Below, one piece after another: positions 1 to 10,095 of a stretch of 64,000 bases of DNA. Source of the stretch: an uncultured Actinomycetes bacterium (GTDB lineage: Bacteria; Actinomycetota; Actinomycetes; S36-B12; UBA10799). Position numbers and translations under genes: made by a program. Below the pieces are notes generated by a model, which saw nothing but the letters and a program-made list of their open reading frames with translations, did no database searches and was not told the origin of the DNA. The stretch lies in contig CAYYRC010000001.1 of assembly GCA_964474045.1 (NCBI GenBank), forward strand, positions 49,023 through 113,022. The letters are read 5' to 3'. Position 1 is the first letter of the stretch, and each line of letters opens with the position of its first letter.

Positions 1-42
1 ATTGCCGGGCGCTGCCGTGCGCGCGGCGATAGCCTGACGGAC

Positions 43-1209
43 GTGTCCGACGAAACCCCGGCGGCTGAGCCGGACGATGCAGGTGCACCCCCCTGGCTGG
101 CCGGTCTGATCACCCGATCAATGTGGCGCGCCGTGGCGATCGTGCTTGCGGTGCTTGCCCTCCTCTGGGCGCTCAACCAGGCACGTGACCTGGTGGTCAT
201 GGGCATCGTGGCGTGTTTCCTGGCCCTGGCCATCCTGCCCGCCGTGGATGGCCTGGTGCGGCGGCACAACCTGTCACGCGGGCTGGCGACGATGCTGGTG
301 ATGCTCGGGGTGTTCCTGACGGTCGCGCTGCTCATCGGGTTCCTGGTGCCGGCGCTGGTGGACGTGTTCTCCAAGGTGTCGTCAGAGGTGCCGACCTGGC
401 TGGACGAGGTTCGCCGGCTCGGCCTGCCGATCCCGGCGCTGAAGGAGTCCGACGCGCAGCTCCTGGCGGACTTCGAGAACTGGATCCGCCAGAACGGCGG
501 CCATCAGGCGCTCAGCCTTGCCGGCAGTGGGCTGGGCCTGCTGGCGAAGGTGTTCGTGACCTTCATCTTCACCATCATCATCGCCTCCGGCGAGCCAGCT
601 ATCCTGCGCGCGATCCTGAGCAGGCTCGGGCCTTCTCACCAGGTGCGGCTGGTGGATGCCTGGGAGACGGCGATCCAGCAGACCGGCGGCTACTTCTACT
701 CCCGGCTGCTGCTGATGTTCTTCACCTCCACCGGCTACCTGATCGTCATGCTGCTGGTGGGGACGCCGTGGCTGTTCGCGATCCCGCTGGCCGTGTTCGG
801 CGCCTTCTTCGTGGAGTTCATCCCCCTGGTCGGCGGCTACATCGGCATCGCGATCCCCGTGATCTTCGTGCTGGTGGAGAAGGGTCCGATCCGCGCGCTC
901 ATCCTGCTCGCGTGGGCGATCATCTACCAGCAGATCCACGACTACGTCCTCAGTCCGCGAATCAGCTCCCGGACCATGACGCTGAGCCCGGGCATAGCCC
1001 TGGGCTCGGCGCTCGTGGGCGGTGCCCTCGCCGGCCCGCTGGGAGCGCTGTTCGCCATGCCCACCGCCGGCATGATCACCGCGTTCCTCACGAAGTACCT
1101 GCCCTCGCGGCCCATCGTCGTGAGCCCGGAGTCGCTGGCGCTGCCAGACAAGCGGCCGGGCAAGCAGTCACCGTCCAGCAGCCACGCCCCCGATGTGAAG
1201 GAATCCTGA
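43..1209 (+). CDS. AI-2E family transporter (UPF0118/PerM-like polytopic membrane protein)
   Basis: 388-aa ORF with many hydrophobic helices. The C-terminal block FIPLVGGYIGIAIPVIFVL...IIYQQIHDYVLSPRI is typical of the AI-2E/PerM family. Its stop lies 4 nt before the next gene. Confidence 0.8.
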   Translation: MSDETPAAEPDDAGAPPWLAGLITRSMWRAVAIVLAVLALLWALNQARDLVVMGIVACFLALAILPAVDGLVRRHNLSRGLATMLVMLGVFLTVALLIGFLVPALVDVFSKVSSEVPTWLDEVRRLGLPIPALKESDAQLLADFENWIRQNGGHQALSLAGSGLGLLAKVFVTFIFTIIIASGEPAILRAILSRLGPSHQVRLVDAWETAIQQTGGYFYSRLLLMFFTSTGYLIVMLLVGTPWLFAIPLAVFGAFFVEFIPLVGGYIGIAIPVIFVLVEKGPIRALILLAWAIIYQQIHDYVLSPRISSRTMTLSPGIALGSALVGGALAGPLGALFAMPTAGMITAFLTKYLPSRPIVVSPESLALPDKRPGKQSPSSSHAPDVKES

Positions 1210-1212
1210 GCC

Positions 1213-2592
1213 ATGACCCGCTTCAACAAGATCGAGGACCCGCCCGTCACGCACGTGACCGTCAACCCGGGGGTCTTCTCGGAGGAGCCGATCCAGATCC
1301 CGACCGACGGCGTGCCGCCGCGAGGGATCCCGTCAAAGGCGGCGTATCAGATCGTCCATGACGAGGCGATGCTCGACGGCAACGCGCGTCTGAACCTCGC
1401 CACCTTCGTCACCACCTGGATGGATGACGAGGCCGATCGCATCTATGGCGAGGCCTTCGACAAGAACATGATCGACAAGGACGAGTACCCGGCCACAGCG
1501 GCGATCGAAGAGCGCTGCGCCCGGATGATCGCCAAGCTCTGGAACGCGCCGGGCGAGACCATCGGCGTCTCGACCATCGGGTCGTCGGAGGCCTGCATGA
1601 TGGGCGGGCTGGCGTTCCTCAAGCGCTGGCGGGCCGCGCGCAAGGCCGCGGGCAAGTCCACGGATTCCCCGAACATGGTCATGAGCTCGACGGTGCAGGT
1701 GGTCTGGGAGCGGTTCTGCCGCTACTGGGACGTCGAGCTGCGCACCGTGGACGTCACCTTGGATCAGCTCAACATGACGCCGAAGGGGATGCTCGCCCAG
1801 GTTGATGAGAACACCATCGGCGTCGTCGGCATCCTGGGTGTGACCTACACCGGCGCCTACGAGCCGATCGCGGAGCTGGCGGCGGCGCTGGACGATCTGC
1901 AGCAGCGCACCGGCCTGGATGTGCCGCTGCACGTGGACGGGGCTTCCGGCGGCATGGTCGCGCCCTTCTTGAACCCGGAGCTCGTGTGGGACTTCCGGCT
2001 GGAGCGGGTGCACTCGATCAACACCTCCGGCCACAAGTACGGCCTGGTCTACCCGGGGTTGGGCTGGATCGTCTGGCGCAGCAAGGACCTTGTGCCGGAC
2101 GAGATGATCTTCGACGTGGCCTACCTGGGCGGTCACATGCCCACCCTCGGGATCAACTTCTCGCGCCCCGGTGCGCAGGTGCTGCTGCAGTACTACCTGT
2201 TCCTGCGCCACGGGCGGCAGGGCTACACGGTGGTGCACTCGGTGAGCCAGCGCGTCGCCGTTCACCTGAGTGCGGCCATCGGCGCCATGCCGGAGTTCAC
2301 GCTGCTCAGCAAGGGCGATGAGACCCCGGTGTTCGCCTGGCGCCTCGCCGACGACTTCAAGGGCGGCTGGACGCTGCCGCAGCTGTCCGACGCGCTGAGG
2401 TACCACGGCTGGCAGGTTCCGGCCTATCCCATGCCGGCCTCGATCGAGGATGTCGAGGTGATGCGCATCGTGGTGCGCAACGGACTGTCGATGGACCTGG
2501 CCGACAAGCTGCTCACGGATATCCGCACCTCGGTGGACGAGCTTAACAAGCTGAGCATCAGGCCCCAGGGCAAGCGGGGTTTCGCGCATTGA
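1213..2592 (+). CDS. gadB: Glutamate decarboxylase (PLP-dependent, group II)
   Basis: 459 aa. Contains [28 protein letters not shown] and the PLP-lysine block [22 protein letters not shown], both characteristic of Gad enzymes. Confidence 0.9.
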   Translation: MTRFNKIEDPPVTHVTVNPGVFSEEPIQIPTDGVPPRGIPSKAAYQIVHDEAMLDGNARLNLATFVTTWMDDEADRIYGEAFDKNMIDKDEYPATAAIEERCARMIAKLWNAPGETIGVSTIGSSEACMMGGLAFLKRWRAARKAAGKSTDSPNMVMSSTVQVVWERFCRYWDVELRTVDVTLDQLNMTPKGMLAQVDENTIGVVGILGVTYTGAYEPIAELAAALDDLQQRTGLDVPLHVDGASGGMVAPFLNPELVWDFRLERVHSINTSGHKYGLVYPGLGWIVWRSKDLVPDEMIFDVAYLGGHMPTLGINFSRPGAQVLLQYYLFLRHGRQGYTVVHSVSQRVAVHLSAAIGAMPEFTLLSKGDETPVFAWRLADDFKGGWTLPQLSDALRYHGWQVPAYPMPASIEDVEVMRIVVRNGLSMDLADKLLTDIRTSVDELNKLSIRPQGKRGFAH

Positions 2593-3227
2593 GCGCCCGG
2601 ACGACTGGCGCCGAGGCCTGGGATGACCGCTACTCGTCCTCGGAGCTGGTCTGGACGCTGGAGCCCAACCGCTGGGTCGTGGAGGTGCTCGCCGAGGTCG
2701 AGCCGGCAGGGCGGCGCGCCTTGGATCTGGGGGCCGGCGAGGGGCGCAACTCGATCTGGCTCGCGCAACGCGGCTGGCGGGTCGAGGCCGTGGACTTCTC
2801 GGCCGTCGGCCTGGATCGTGCCCGCCAACTTGCGGCGGCGGCCGGGGTCGGCGATCGGCTCGTCACCGTGGTCGACGACGTCGTGGACTTCACTCCCGCG
2901 CCGGGAGGATTCGCGCTGGCCCTGCTGTGCTATCTGCAGTTGCCGCGCTCGGAGCGGATGCTGTCGGTCCGCAACGCCGCCCGCGGTGTCGCCCCGGGGG
3001 GTCTGCTGGTCGTCGTCGCCCACGACAGCAGCAACCTGGAGCAGGGCACGGGCGGACCGCAGAGCGCCGACGTGCTGTACACGGCCCAGGACGTCATGGC
3101 CGACTTGGGAGCTGAGCTGACGAACTGGGAGGTCCTGCGGGCCGAAGTCGTCCAGCGCCCGGTGGCCGGGGCCCCGCGTCCAGCGCTCGACGCCTTGGCA
3201 GTGCTGCGCCGGACGGCGGCCGCCTGA
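2589..3227 (+). CDS. Class I SAM-dependent methyltransferase
   Basis: 212 aa with a TTG start that overlaps the gad stop. SAM motif I is ALDLGAGEGRNSIWLAQRGWRVEAVDFS. Confidence 0.75.
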   Translation: MSARTTGAEAWDDRYSSSELVWTLEPNRWVVEVLAEVEPAGRRALDLGAGEGRNSIWLAQRGWRVEAVDFSAVGLDRARQLAAAAGVGDRLVTVVDDVVDFTPAPGGFALALLCYLQLPRSERMLSVRNAARGVAPGGLLVVVAHDSSNLEQGTGGPQSADVLYTAQDVMADLGAELTNWEVLRAEVVQRPVAGAPRPALDALAVLRRTAAA

Positions 3228-3228
3228 C

Positions 3229-4845
3229 TCAGGCGCCGTCGCAGCCGGTGGCGTCGGCGGGCACCTTGGCCGAAGGGTCCAGTAGGTACGCGCTCACGAG
3301 CGCATCGATACAGGCCGAGCCGCGCAGGTAGCTGACACCGTGGCCGATGCCGCCGTAGTTGACGGTCACGCCCCCTACCGCCGTGGCCATGGCCGGACCC
3401 CAGTCCGCGGCCACCAGCTGGTCGCCCAGGGACGTCACGACCACCACCCGGGCGGCCGGCGTGGCGCTGATGTCGGTGATGGGCCTGCTGCCGAGCGGCC
3501 AGCCGACGCAGGTCGCTGCCAGGTAGGAGCGGGCGTCGGCGGCCTGCAGACCCGCGGCACGGGCCGCGGTGACGATGGAGCTGACCGCAGCCGCGTCGGG
3601 CCGATCGGCCAGGTCGGCGCAGTTGACAGTCACCAGGGCGTCCTGGATGTCGCCGGGGGTGCCGGCCGGGCGCGGAGCTGCCCCCGCGCCGTTGCCGGCG
3701 CCAGGCGGCTGCTGACCGGACACCAGCGTGTAGAACGGGCCGGTGTCGCCGGCGGCGAAGGCGGCGAGCGCGGGACCCAGGGCGGTCCACTTGGCCGGGT
3801 CCAGGCCCGAGACGCCGGCATCGAGGAACTGCTCGAAGTCACCCCGGGTCCAGGACAGCCCGCTGCCGGCGTCGGTCAGGGGCAGGGCGGCAGTGGCGGC
3901 CGCCACCGTCGCGAGCGCGCCCCCGGTGGCCACCGGCGCACAGGCGGCCTGCGCATCGCACTGCTGCGCCCACCGGCGGACGATCGTGTCCACTGCCCGG
4001 GCCTTGCCGGCGCCGAACTCCGCCAGGCCGCCGCTGGGGTTGACAGCGGAATCGAGCACCATGGCGCGCACGCGATCGCCGTAGCGCATGGCGTAGACCG
4101 CGCCCAGACGCGTGCCGTAGGAGTAGCCCAGGTAGCTGATGCGCTCAGCCCCCAACGACGCTCTGATGGCATCCATGTCGGCCGTGGCCGACCATGTGCC
4201 GTAGGGGGCGGGATCCGTCCCCAGCTCGGCCAGGCAGGCGCCGTTGGCGGCGGCCATCCGGTCCATGAAGGCCTGCACCGCCGCCGCGTCGTTGGGATCC
4301 GGCAGCGAGTAGTAGGCCCCTTCGATCCCTGGCTTGGCGTTGGGGCAGGCGGTGGCGGATGAGTGCAGGGTGGCGCGCGGGTCCATCAGGACGACTTCGA
4401 AGCGGTCGCGCACGTCCGGCGGGAGCGCCGCCACGATGGGCACCGCGGAGTCCGCGCTGGGATCCCCCGGACCCCCGAGATTGATGAACAACGGTCCGAG
4501 GGAAGGGGTGATGCTGGCCGGACGGCGCCGCACCTCCAGGTCGATGGTCTCGGTGCCGCCGTCGACCAGCGGCACCGGGAACTGGCCGCACTGCCAGCCG
4601 GCCGGGACCTCGGGGGGGCACGGGCCGCAGCGCCATCCAGGCGGACAGGTGTCGGTAGGCACAGGTGCCCCGGTGGCCGCGGAGGACCCGGCAGGCGCAC
4701 CCGTGGCGGCCGCCGCCGCATTCGTACCACCGTTCTTGGGCACGCTGCCCGACGTCCCGCCGCCGCTGCCGCAGGCGGCCAGCAGCACGGCCGCCAACAG
4801 CGCGATCAGGGCCTGGGGCATCGGCCGCTGGTTCCGCCCGCTCAT
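3229..4845 (-). CDS. Secreted alpha/beta hydrolase lipoprotein (TAP-like / tripeptidyl aminopeptidase family)
   Basis: 538 aa. Has the lipobox LLAACGSGG, the block NLGGPGDPS, and the nucleophile elbow GYSYGTRLG (G-x-S-x-G). Confidence 0.7.
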   Translation of the reverse strand: MSGRNQRPMPQALIALLAAVLLAACGSGGGTSGSVPKNGGTNAAAAATGAPAGSSAATGAPVPTDTCPPGWRCGPCPPEVPAGWQCGQFPVPLVDGGTETIDLEVRRRPASITPSLGPLFINLGGPGDPSADSAVPIVAALPPDVRDRFEVVLMDPRATLHSSATACPNAKPGIEGAYYSLPDPNDAAAVQAFMDRMAAANGACLAELGTDPAPYGTWSATADMDAIRASLGAERISYLGYSYGTRLGAVYAMRYGDRVRAMVLDSAVNPSGGLAEFGAGKARAVDTIVRRWAQQCDAQAACAPVATGGALATVAAATAALPLTDAGSGLSWTRGDFEQFLDAGVSGLDPAKWTALGPALAAFAAGDTGPFYTLVSGQQPPGAGNGAGAAPRPAGTPGDIQDALVTVNCADLADRPDAAAVSSIVTAARAAGLQAADARSYLAATCVGWPLGSRPITDISATPAARVVVVTSLGDQLVAADWGPAMATAVGGVTVNYGGIGHGVSYLRGSACIDALVSAYLLDPSAKVPADATGCDGA

Positions 4846-4936
4846 CTGCGAACGTTAGGCCGAATCGGACACCTTGGGAAGTCGATACCCCGGCGGGTGT
4901 GGGCCAAACCGCGAACTCCTGCTAATGTCCTCCCAC

Positions 4937-5056
4937 AGGTCAAGAGAACCAGCGCCAAGCCTCAGCTTGCTGGTCTGCAACCCTCCTCCGCGGTGGGGTG
5001 CAACTGAGGAGACCGGGCCGGCCGCAACCGCGGATCGGCAAGCGCGGGTCACGGAG
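4937..5056 (+). promoter_or_regulatory. SAM-IV riboswitch in the metY-metX leader
   Basis: GGTCAAGAGAACCAGCGCCAAGCCTCAGCTTGCTGGTCTGCAACCCTCCTCCGCGGTGGGGTGCAACTGAGGAGACCGGG...GGCAAGCGCGG closely follows my recollection of the actinobacterial SAM-IV consensus (GGUCA.GAG..CCAGCG.CAAGCC...GCUUGCUGG...GCAACCCUCC..CGCGGUGGGGUGC). It sits about 85 nt upstream of the metY start. Confidence 0.85.
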
Positions 5057-5140
5057 ACTTCCGGGCCCACTGGGCTGCGCCCGGGTTGGTCTAGGCCTAT
5101 CCGGGTGCGGTCGAGCGAGACTCAGAGATGAGGAAACCGC

Positions 5141-6457
5141 ATGTCAGACGGCTGGTCCTTCGAGACGCGCCAGATCCACGCAGGTCAGACCCCGGACGGC
5201 GACACCAACGCCCGGGCCCTGCCGATCTACCAGACGACCTCGTACACGTTCAACGATGCGACCCACGCGGCGAACCTGTTCGGGCTCAAGGAGTTCGGCA
5301 ACATCTACACCCGCATCATGAACCCGACCCAGGCGGTCGTGGAGGAGCGCGTGGCCTCGCTGGAGGGCGGCGTGGGTGCGCTGCTGGTCAGCTCCGGCCA
5401 GGCCGCGGAGACGCTGGCCATCCTCAACGTGGCCGAGGCCGGGGATCACGTCGTGTCCTCCCCCAGTCTCTATGGCGGCACCTACAACCTGTTCCACTAC
5501 ACGCTGCCCAAGCTGGGGATCGAGGTCACCTTCGTCGAGGACCCGGACGACCTGGACTCGTGGCGCGCGGCCGTGCGCCCGAACACCAAGGCCTTCTTCG
5601 GCGAGTCGATCTCCAACCCGAAGAACGACGTGCTCGACATCGCCGGTGTGGCCGGCGTCGCCCATGAGGCCGGCGTGCCGCTGATTGTGGACAACACCGT
5701 CGCCACCCCCTACCTCATCCGGCCCATCGAGTGGGGCGCGGACATCGTCATCCACTCGGCCACCAAGTACCTGGGCGGCCACGGCACGGCAGTCGCGGGC
5801 GTGATCGTGGATTCGGGCAACTTCGACTTCGCCGCCGACCCGGCCAAGTTCCCCCAGTACAACGAGCCGGACCCCAGCTACCACGGCCTGGTCTACGCCC
5901 GCGACCTCGGCGTCGGCTCGGACCTGGGCGCCAACCTGGCGTTCATCCTCAAGGCGCGCGTGCAGCTGCTGCGCGACCTCGGTGCGGCCGTTGCGCCGTT
6001 CAATGCCTGGCTGATCTCGCAGGGCCTCGAGACGCTGAGCCTGCGGGTGGAGCGTCACGTCCAGAACGCCAAGGCCGTCGCGGCGTGGCTGACGGAGCGC
6101 CCAGAGGTGCTCAGCGTCAACTATGCCGGGCTGGAGTCCAGCCCTTGGTACGCCTTGGGCCAGAAGTACGCGCCCAACGGCACCGGCGCCGTGCTGTCCT
6201 TCGAGATCGACGGCGGCGTGGAGGCGGGCAAGGCCTTCGTCGAGGCGCTGGAGCTGCACAGCCACGTCGCCAACATCGGCGATGTGCGCTCGCTGGTCAT
6301 CCACCCGGCCTCCACCACGCACTCCCAGCTGACGCCCGAGGAGCAGCTTGCCGCCGGGGTTACCCCGGGCCTGGTCCGGCTCGCGGTCGGCATCGAGAAC
6401 ATCGATGACATCCTGGCCGACCTCGACGCCGGGTTCCGCGCAGCCAAGAGCGAATGA
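5141..6457 (+). CDS. metY: O-acetylhomoserine sulfhydrylase (aminocarboxypropyltransferase)
   Basis: 438 aa. Contains FETRQIHAGQ, YQTTSYTF, NIYTRIMNPT and the PLP-lysine region HSATKYLGGHG, placing it in the Cys/Met-metabolism PLP family, MetY type. Confidence 0.9.
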   Translation: MSDGWSFETRQIHAGQTPDGDTNARALPIYQTTSYTFNDATHAANLFGLKEFGNIYTRIMNPTQAVVEERVASLEGGVGALLVSSGQAAETLAILNVAEAGDHVVSSPSLYGGTYNLFHYTLPKLGIEVTFVEDPDDLDSWRAAVRPNTKAFFGESISNPKNDVLDIAGVAGVAHEAGVPLIVDNTVATPYLIRPIEWGADIVIHSATKYLGGHGTAVAGVIVDSGNFDFAADPAKFPQYNEPDPSYHGLVYARDLGVGSDLGANLAFILKARVQLLRDLGAAVAPFNAWLISQGLETLSLRVERHVQNAKAVAAWLTERPEVLSVNYAGLESSPWYALGQKYAPNGTGAVLSFEIDGGVEAGKAFVEALELHSHVANIGDVRSLVIHPASTTHSQLTPEEQLAAGVTPGLVRLAVGIENIDDILADLDAGFRAAKSE

Positions 6458-7671
6458 TCGGGCTGATGACGACCGGCGCCGGCGCCGCCGCGACGACCCC
6501 TCCCCGGGTGTCGCGGCGGGCCGGCGTGCCCGGCCGTCGATACACGCACTTCGGAGCCCTCGACCTGGAGCTCGGAGGTCAGCTGCCGGAGGTCACGGTC
6601 GGCTACGAGACCTACGGGACGCTCAACCGCGCTGGCGACAACGCCGTGCTGGTGCTGCACGCCCTCACCGGGGACGCCCACGCCGTCGGCGAGGCCGACG
6701 CCGGGCACGTGACGCCGGGCTGGTGGGACGCGGTGGTCGGACCGGGCAGGGCGATCGACACCAACCGCTGGTTCGTGGTGTCCAGCAATGTGCTGGGCGG
6801 TTGCCAGGGCACCACCGGCCCGTCCTCCCTCGCCCCGGACGGGCGCGCCTATGGCTCGCGCTTCCCCCGGGTCACCATCCGCGACCAGGTGCGGGTCGAG
6901 GCGATGCTGGCCGACTACTTGGGTGTGGAGCGCTTCGCCCTGGTCGCCGGCGGCTCCATGGGCGGCATGCGCGCCCTCGAGTGGTGCCTGCTGTATCCCG
7001 ACCGGGTGGAGGCGGCGTGGGTGTCGGCGAGCTCGGCCTACGCCACCGCCGACCAGATCGGGCTGCAGACCGCGCAGATCCAGATCATCGCCAACGACCC
7101 TGACTGGCACGGCGGCGACTACGCCGAGCACGGCGCCGTGCCGTTGGCGGGGATGGGGCTGGCGCGCCGGGTGGCGCACCTGAGCTATCGCACCGAGCAG
7201 GAACTCGCCGTGCGCTTCGGCCGTTCGGCGCAGGAGGGCGAGCAGCCCCTGGGCGCCGCCACCGTCGGCCAGGCCTACGGTGTGGGCGTCGGGCATCGCT
7301 ATGCGGTGCAGAGCTACCTGGACCACCACGGGGACAAGATCGGCGGGCGCTTCGACCCGGGCACCTACGTCACCCTGACCGACGCCATGAACACCCATGA
7401 CGTCGGCCGCGGCCGCGGTGGCGTGGAGGCCGCATTGGCCTCGATCAGCGTGCCGATGGTGGTGTCTGGAATCGACTCCGACCGCCTCTACCCGCTGTAC
7501 CTGCAGCAGCAGATCGCCGACCTGGTGCCCAGCTCAGGTCCGCTGCGGGTGATCGAGTCGCCCTACGGCCACGATGGCTTCCTGCTGGAGTCCGATGCCA
7601 TCGGCGAGCAGCTGGGCGAGGCCCTGCAGCTCGTCGTCGGCCATCGGCCCACAGATGCTCACTGCGCCTGA
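6454..7671 (+). CDS. metX: Homoserine O-acetyltransferase
   Basis: 405 aa with an ATGA overlap onto metY. Contains NAVLVLHALTGDAH and the nucleophile block VAGGSMGGMRALEW, ending with GHDGFLLE. Confidence 0.9.
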   Translation: MIGLMTTGAGAAATTPPRVSRRAGVPGRRYTHFGALDLELGGQLPEVTVGYETYGTLNRAGDNAVLVLHALTGDAHAVGEADAGHVTPGWWDAVVGPGRAIDTNRWFVVSSNVLGGCQGTTGPSSLAPDGRAYGSRFPRVTIRDQVRVEAMLADYLGVERFALVAGGSMGGMRALEWCLLYPDRVEAAWVSASSAYATADQIGLQTAQIQIIANDPDWHGGDYAEHGAVPLAGMGLARRVAHLSYRTEQELAVRFGRSAQEGEQPLGAATVGQAYGVGVGHRYAVQSYLDHHGDKIGGRFDPGTYVTLTDAMNTHDVGRGRGGVEAALASISVPMVVSGIDSDRLYPLYLQQQIADLVPSSGPLRVIESPYGHDGFLLESDAIGEQLGEALQLVVGHRPTDAHCA

Positions 7672-9989
7672 CCGACCGCCTTCAGGGCTGTCACGATCTG
7701 CTCGCCCACCGGGTCGCCCTGCTTGACGAAGGCCGCCGGCGTTCCGATGGGCGCCTGTACCACCGTCACCTGGTCGCCCTGGAAGGTCTCGCCGGTGAGG
7801 GCGTGCACCCACGTTCCGGGCGGGAAGGTCACTTGCACGCTGGTGGCGTCGTTGGTGGTGACCGGGGCCATGAGCAGGTGATCGCCCAGGAAGAACTGCA
7901 TGTCGGCGGTAGCGGCTTTGGTGCCCGGATAGACCAGCCAGCCGTGCCGCACCGCCGGCATGCCATTGGCCTGGGCCTCCGCGAGCACGGTGGCCCGGTA
8001 GGGCTGTAGCGCCGCGTAGATCTGGCTGGCGCGGGCGAACTGGGCGCGGGTCTCGGGGGTGTCGTAGACCTGCTGGTTCTGCTGCGGGCGGTTCGTCTCG
8101 TGCGTGCGCATCCACACGCCGAAGGCCTGCAGCTCGGCCCAGCGGGCGTTGAGGTTGGGCGGCCGGACGTAGTTCTTGACCACCGCGTTGATGCTGGTGT
8201 AGCCGCCGATGTCGCTGTGCCACAGCGGCGCGCCGGAGATGCCCCCGGAGTTCATGCCCAGCACCACGCTGGCCAGGCCATCCTGCTCGGCGAAGTCCAC
8301 CATCTGGTCACCGGCCCACATGAGGGCGTTGGCCTGCGGGGTGCCCAGGTAGGACGATCGCATGAACGCCGCGCAGTCGGGCTGGCCGGCCAGCTCGCAG
8401 GCCTTCCGCACGGTGTCCGCCCATAGCTGCGGGTAGCGGTTGTGCTGCTCGGCGGCCGTGCCGACGGCCACGACCGCGTCCATCGGCAGCGCCTCGCCGA
8501 AGTCGGCCATGAAGCCCTTGGCGCCCACGCCGAACACCTCCGAGGCGATCACCCCCGCATACCAGTCCTGGGCAGCCGGGTTGGTGAGGTCCATCAGCCC
8601 CACGGGGAAGCCCACCGTCTGGACGACGTAGGGCTGACCCGCGGCGTCCTTCACCAGGAAGCCCTTCGCCGCGGCCTCGGCGTAGAGGTTGCGGATGCTG
8701 GGGTCGTTCTTGGCGGCTGCGTCGGCCAGGAAGGGGTTGACGTAGGTGAGCACATCGATGCCCTGGGCGGCGAAGTCAGCGACCATCTGGTTCCAGCCCG
8801 GGTACTGCTGCTGGTCCAGCTGCCAGGTCCACCAGAGCTGGGAGCCGAACGAAGTCTGGCGCTTACCGGTCCAGTCCTGCAGCCAGACGCCGGAGACCTT
8901 GGTGCCCGCCGCCTGCATGTCGCTGACGATGCCGCGCACCCGCTCGGTGCCGCCCTGCAGGCCCAGCACGGCGCCGTCCAGCGTCGCCTCGCTCAAGGCC
9001 GGTCGGGTCACGCCTGCGGCGCGCGCCTTGATCAGGTCGGCCGGGCTGTCCGCGGCGGTCGCCTCCGCCGACACGTGCGGCCCCCAGCTCTCGTAGGACA
9101 CCTGACCGGATCGACTCAGGTCGGCGATCCCGAACGCGCCCGACGCCTGCACGTCGGCCAGCGCGAACGAGCGGTTGGCGCTCGTGACGTACGTCGGCCA
9201 GGAACCGTAGGTGGTGTATTTGTTGCCGCCACCCCAGTTGGTGATGTCGGCCAGGAACGTGATGGGTTGTTGCCCGCGGCCGATGCCCTGCTCCTGCACG
9301 AGCACGGGGAAGACCGCGCCGGATAGGTCCAGCGCCCGGTACTGCTCGCCGAAGCCGTAGACCTGCTCATCCTTGTCGCGCCCCGATGTGATGAGCGCGC
9401 TGGTGGGCGCCTTCCCGTCGGACGTCTCGCCCAGGTTCAGGTCCATTCCCAGCACGGTCACGGTCGGGGACTTCACCACCGGCGACAGGGTCAGCGTGTA
9501 GGGGGCGCTCGTGTCGTCGCCGCGGACCTCGCCCTTGACCTGCACCGTGCCGGCCGACTCCGAGACGGAGGTGATCGTCTGGTCGACCAGGCGGTTGGAC
9601 CGGGAGACCCGGGCCCAGAAGTAGCCGAACTTCTCGGTCCACGACACGTCGCCCACGCTGGCGCCCACGAAGGCTTGGCCGGGGTCGCTCGACCAGACCA
9701 CCCGACCGCGGTCGTCGGCGACGGACAGGGCCGCCTTGTCCGCCTCGAGGGTCACCGTGAAGGGTCCCGCCTTCAGGGCGCCGGCGGCGGGGGCGGCACC
9801 CTCGCCGACGACGGACGCCGACCCGGGGCGCAGCGGATCCAGATGGTCCTGCGGCACCCGGTACCACAGGTAGCCCACATAGCCCGCCGCTGCCAGCACC
9901 ACCACGAGAACGAGCGCGAGCAGCCCCAGCAGAAACTTCCGCAGCAGCGAACGTCGCTTCGGCGCCTCTGCGGGCGCGGGATCGGTCAT
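7659..9989 (-). CDS. Glycoside hydrolase family 31, N-terminally membrane-anchored
   Basis: I trimmed the track ORF 7659..10304 to the ATG at 9989 (MTDPAPAE...), which is followed by the TM helix LLGLLALVLVVVLAAAGYVGY. GH31 blocks are present: GVWLQDWTG, GFMADFGE, WAGDQ and HSDIGGYT. Confidence 0.8.
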   Translation of the reverse strand: MTDPAPAEAPKRRSLLRKFLLGLLALVLVVVLAAAGYVGYLWYRVPQDHLDPLRPGSASVVGEGAAPAAGALKAGPFTVTLEADKAALSVADDRGRVVWSSDPGQAFVGASVGDVSWTEKFGYFWARVSRSNRLVDQTITSVSESAGTVQVKGEVRGDDTSAPYTLTLSPVVKSPTVTVLGMDLNLGETSDGKAPTSALITSGRDKDEQVYGFGEQYRALDLSGAVFPVLVQEQGIGRGQQPITFLADITNWGGGNKYTTYGSWPTYVTSANRSFALADVQASGAFGIADLSRSGQVSYESWGPHVSAEATAADSPADLIKARAAGVTRPALSEATLDGAVLGLQGGTERVRGIVSDMQAAGTKVSGVWLQDWTGKRQTSFGSQLWWTWQLDQQQYPGWNQMVADFAAQGIDVLTYVNPFLADAAAKNDPSIRNLYAEAAAKGFLVKDAAGQPYVVQTVGFPVGLMDLTNPAAQDWYAGVIASEVFGVGAKGFMADFGEALPMDAVVAVGTAAEQHNRYPQLWADTVRKACELAGQPDCAAFMRSSYLGTPQANALMWAGDQMVDFAEQDGLASVVLGMNSGGISGAPLWHSDIGGYTSINAVVKNYVRPPNLNARWAELQAFGVWMRTHETNRPQQNQQVYDTPETRAQFARASQIYAALQPYRATVLAEAQANGMPAVRHGWLVYPGTKAATADMQFFLGDHLLMAPVTTNDATSVQVTFPPGTWVHALTGETFQGDQVTVVQAPIGTPAAFVKQGDPVGEQIVTALKAVGQAQ

Positions 9990-10095
9990 GCCATAGATGT
10001 ACCGCCAACGGGCCTCCCGCGGCCACCTATCCGCACTGTTCGCTTCCGAGTTCGGCACACAATGGCGGTTTCTTTGTGATAGCAAGTCCTTCGGG

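Noticed and set aside
1333-2589. 418-aa minus-strand ORF fully antisense to the glutamate decarboxylase gene. The same situation applies to 213..1361 + and 382..939 - over the AI-2E gene.
   Set aside because: The sense frames carry unmistakable family motifs. The antisense products are Arg/His/Gly/Asp-rich with no recognisable motif. Long shadow ORFs are expected at this GC content because stop codons are rare.
6121-7398. 425-aa minus-strand ORF antisense to metY/metX. Similar shadow ORFs lie at 5144..6322 - and 10135..11682 -.
   Set aside because: They lie opposite confidently identified enzymes, have low-complexity R/G/A/H-rich composition and no start context.
7659-9989. Considered calling the GH31 enzyme a YihQ-type sulfoquinovosidase because of the WLQDWTGKRQTSFG...WW block.
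   Set aside because: As I recall the sulfoquinovosidase signature, an Arg is required a few residues before the conserved Trp (FGKRVMW in E. coli). Here the aligned segment is FGSQLWW, with Gln in that place. No sulfoquinovose catabolic genes are adjacent. I cannot verify the alignment without tools, so only the family-level GH31 call is kept.
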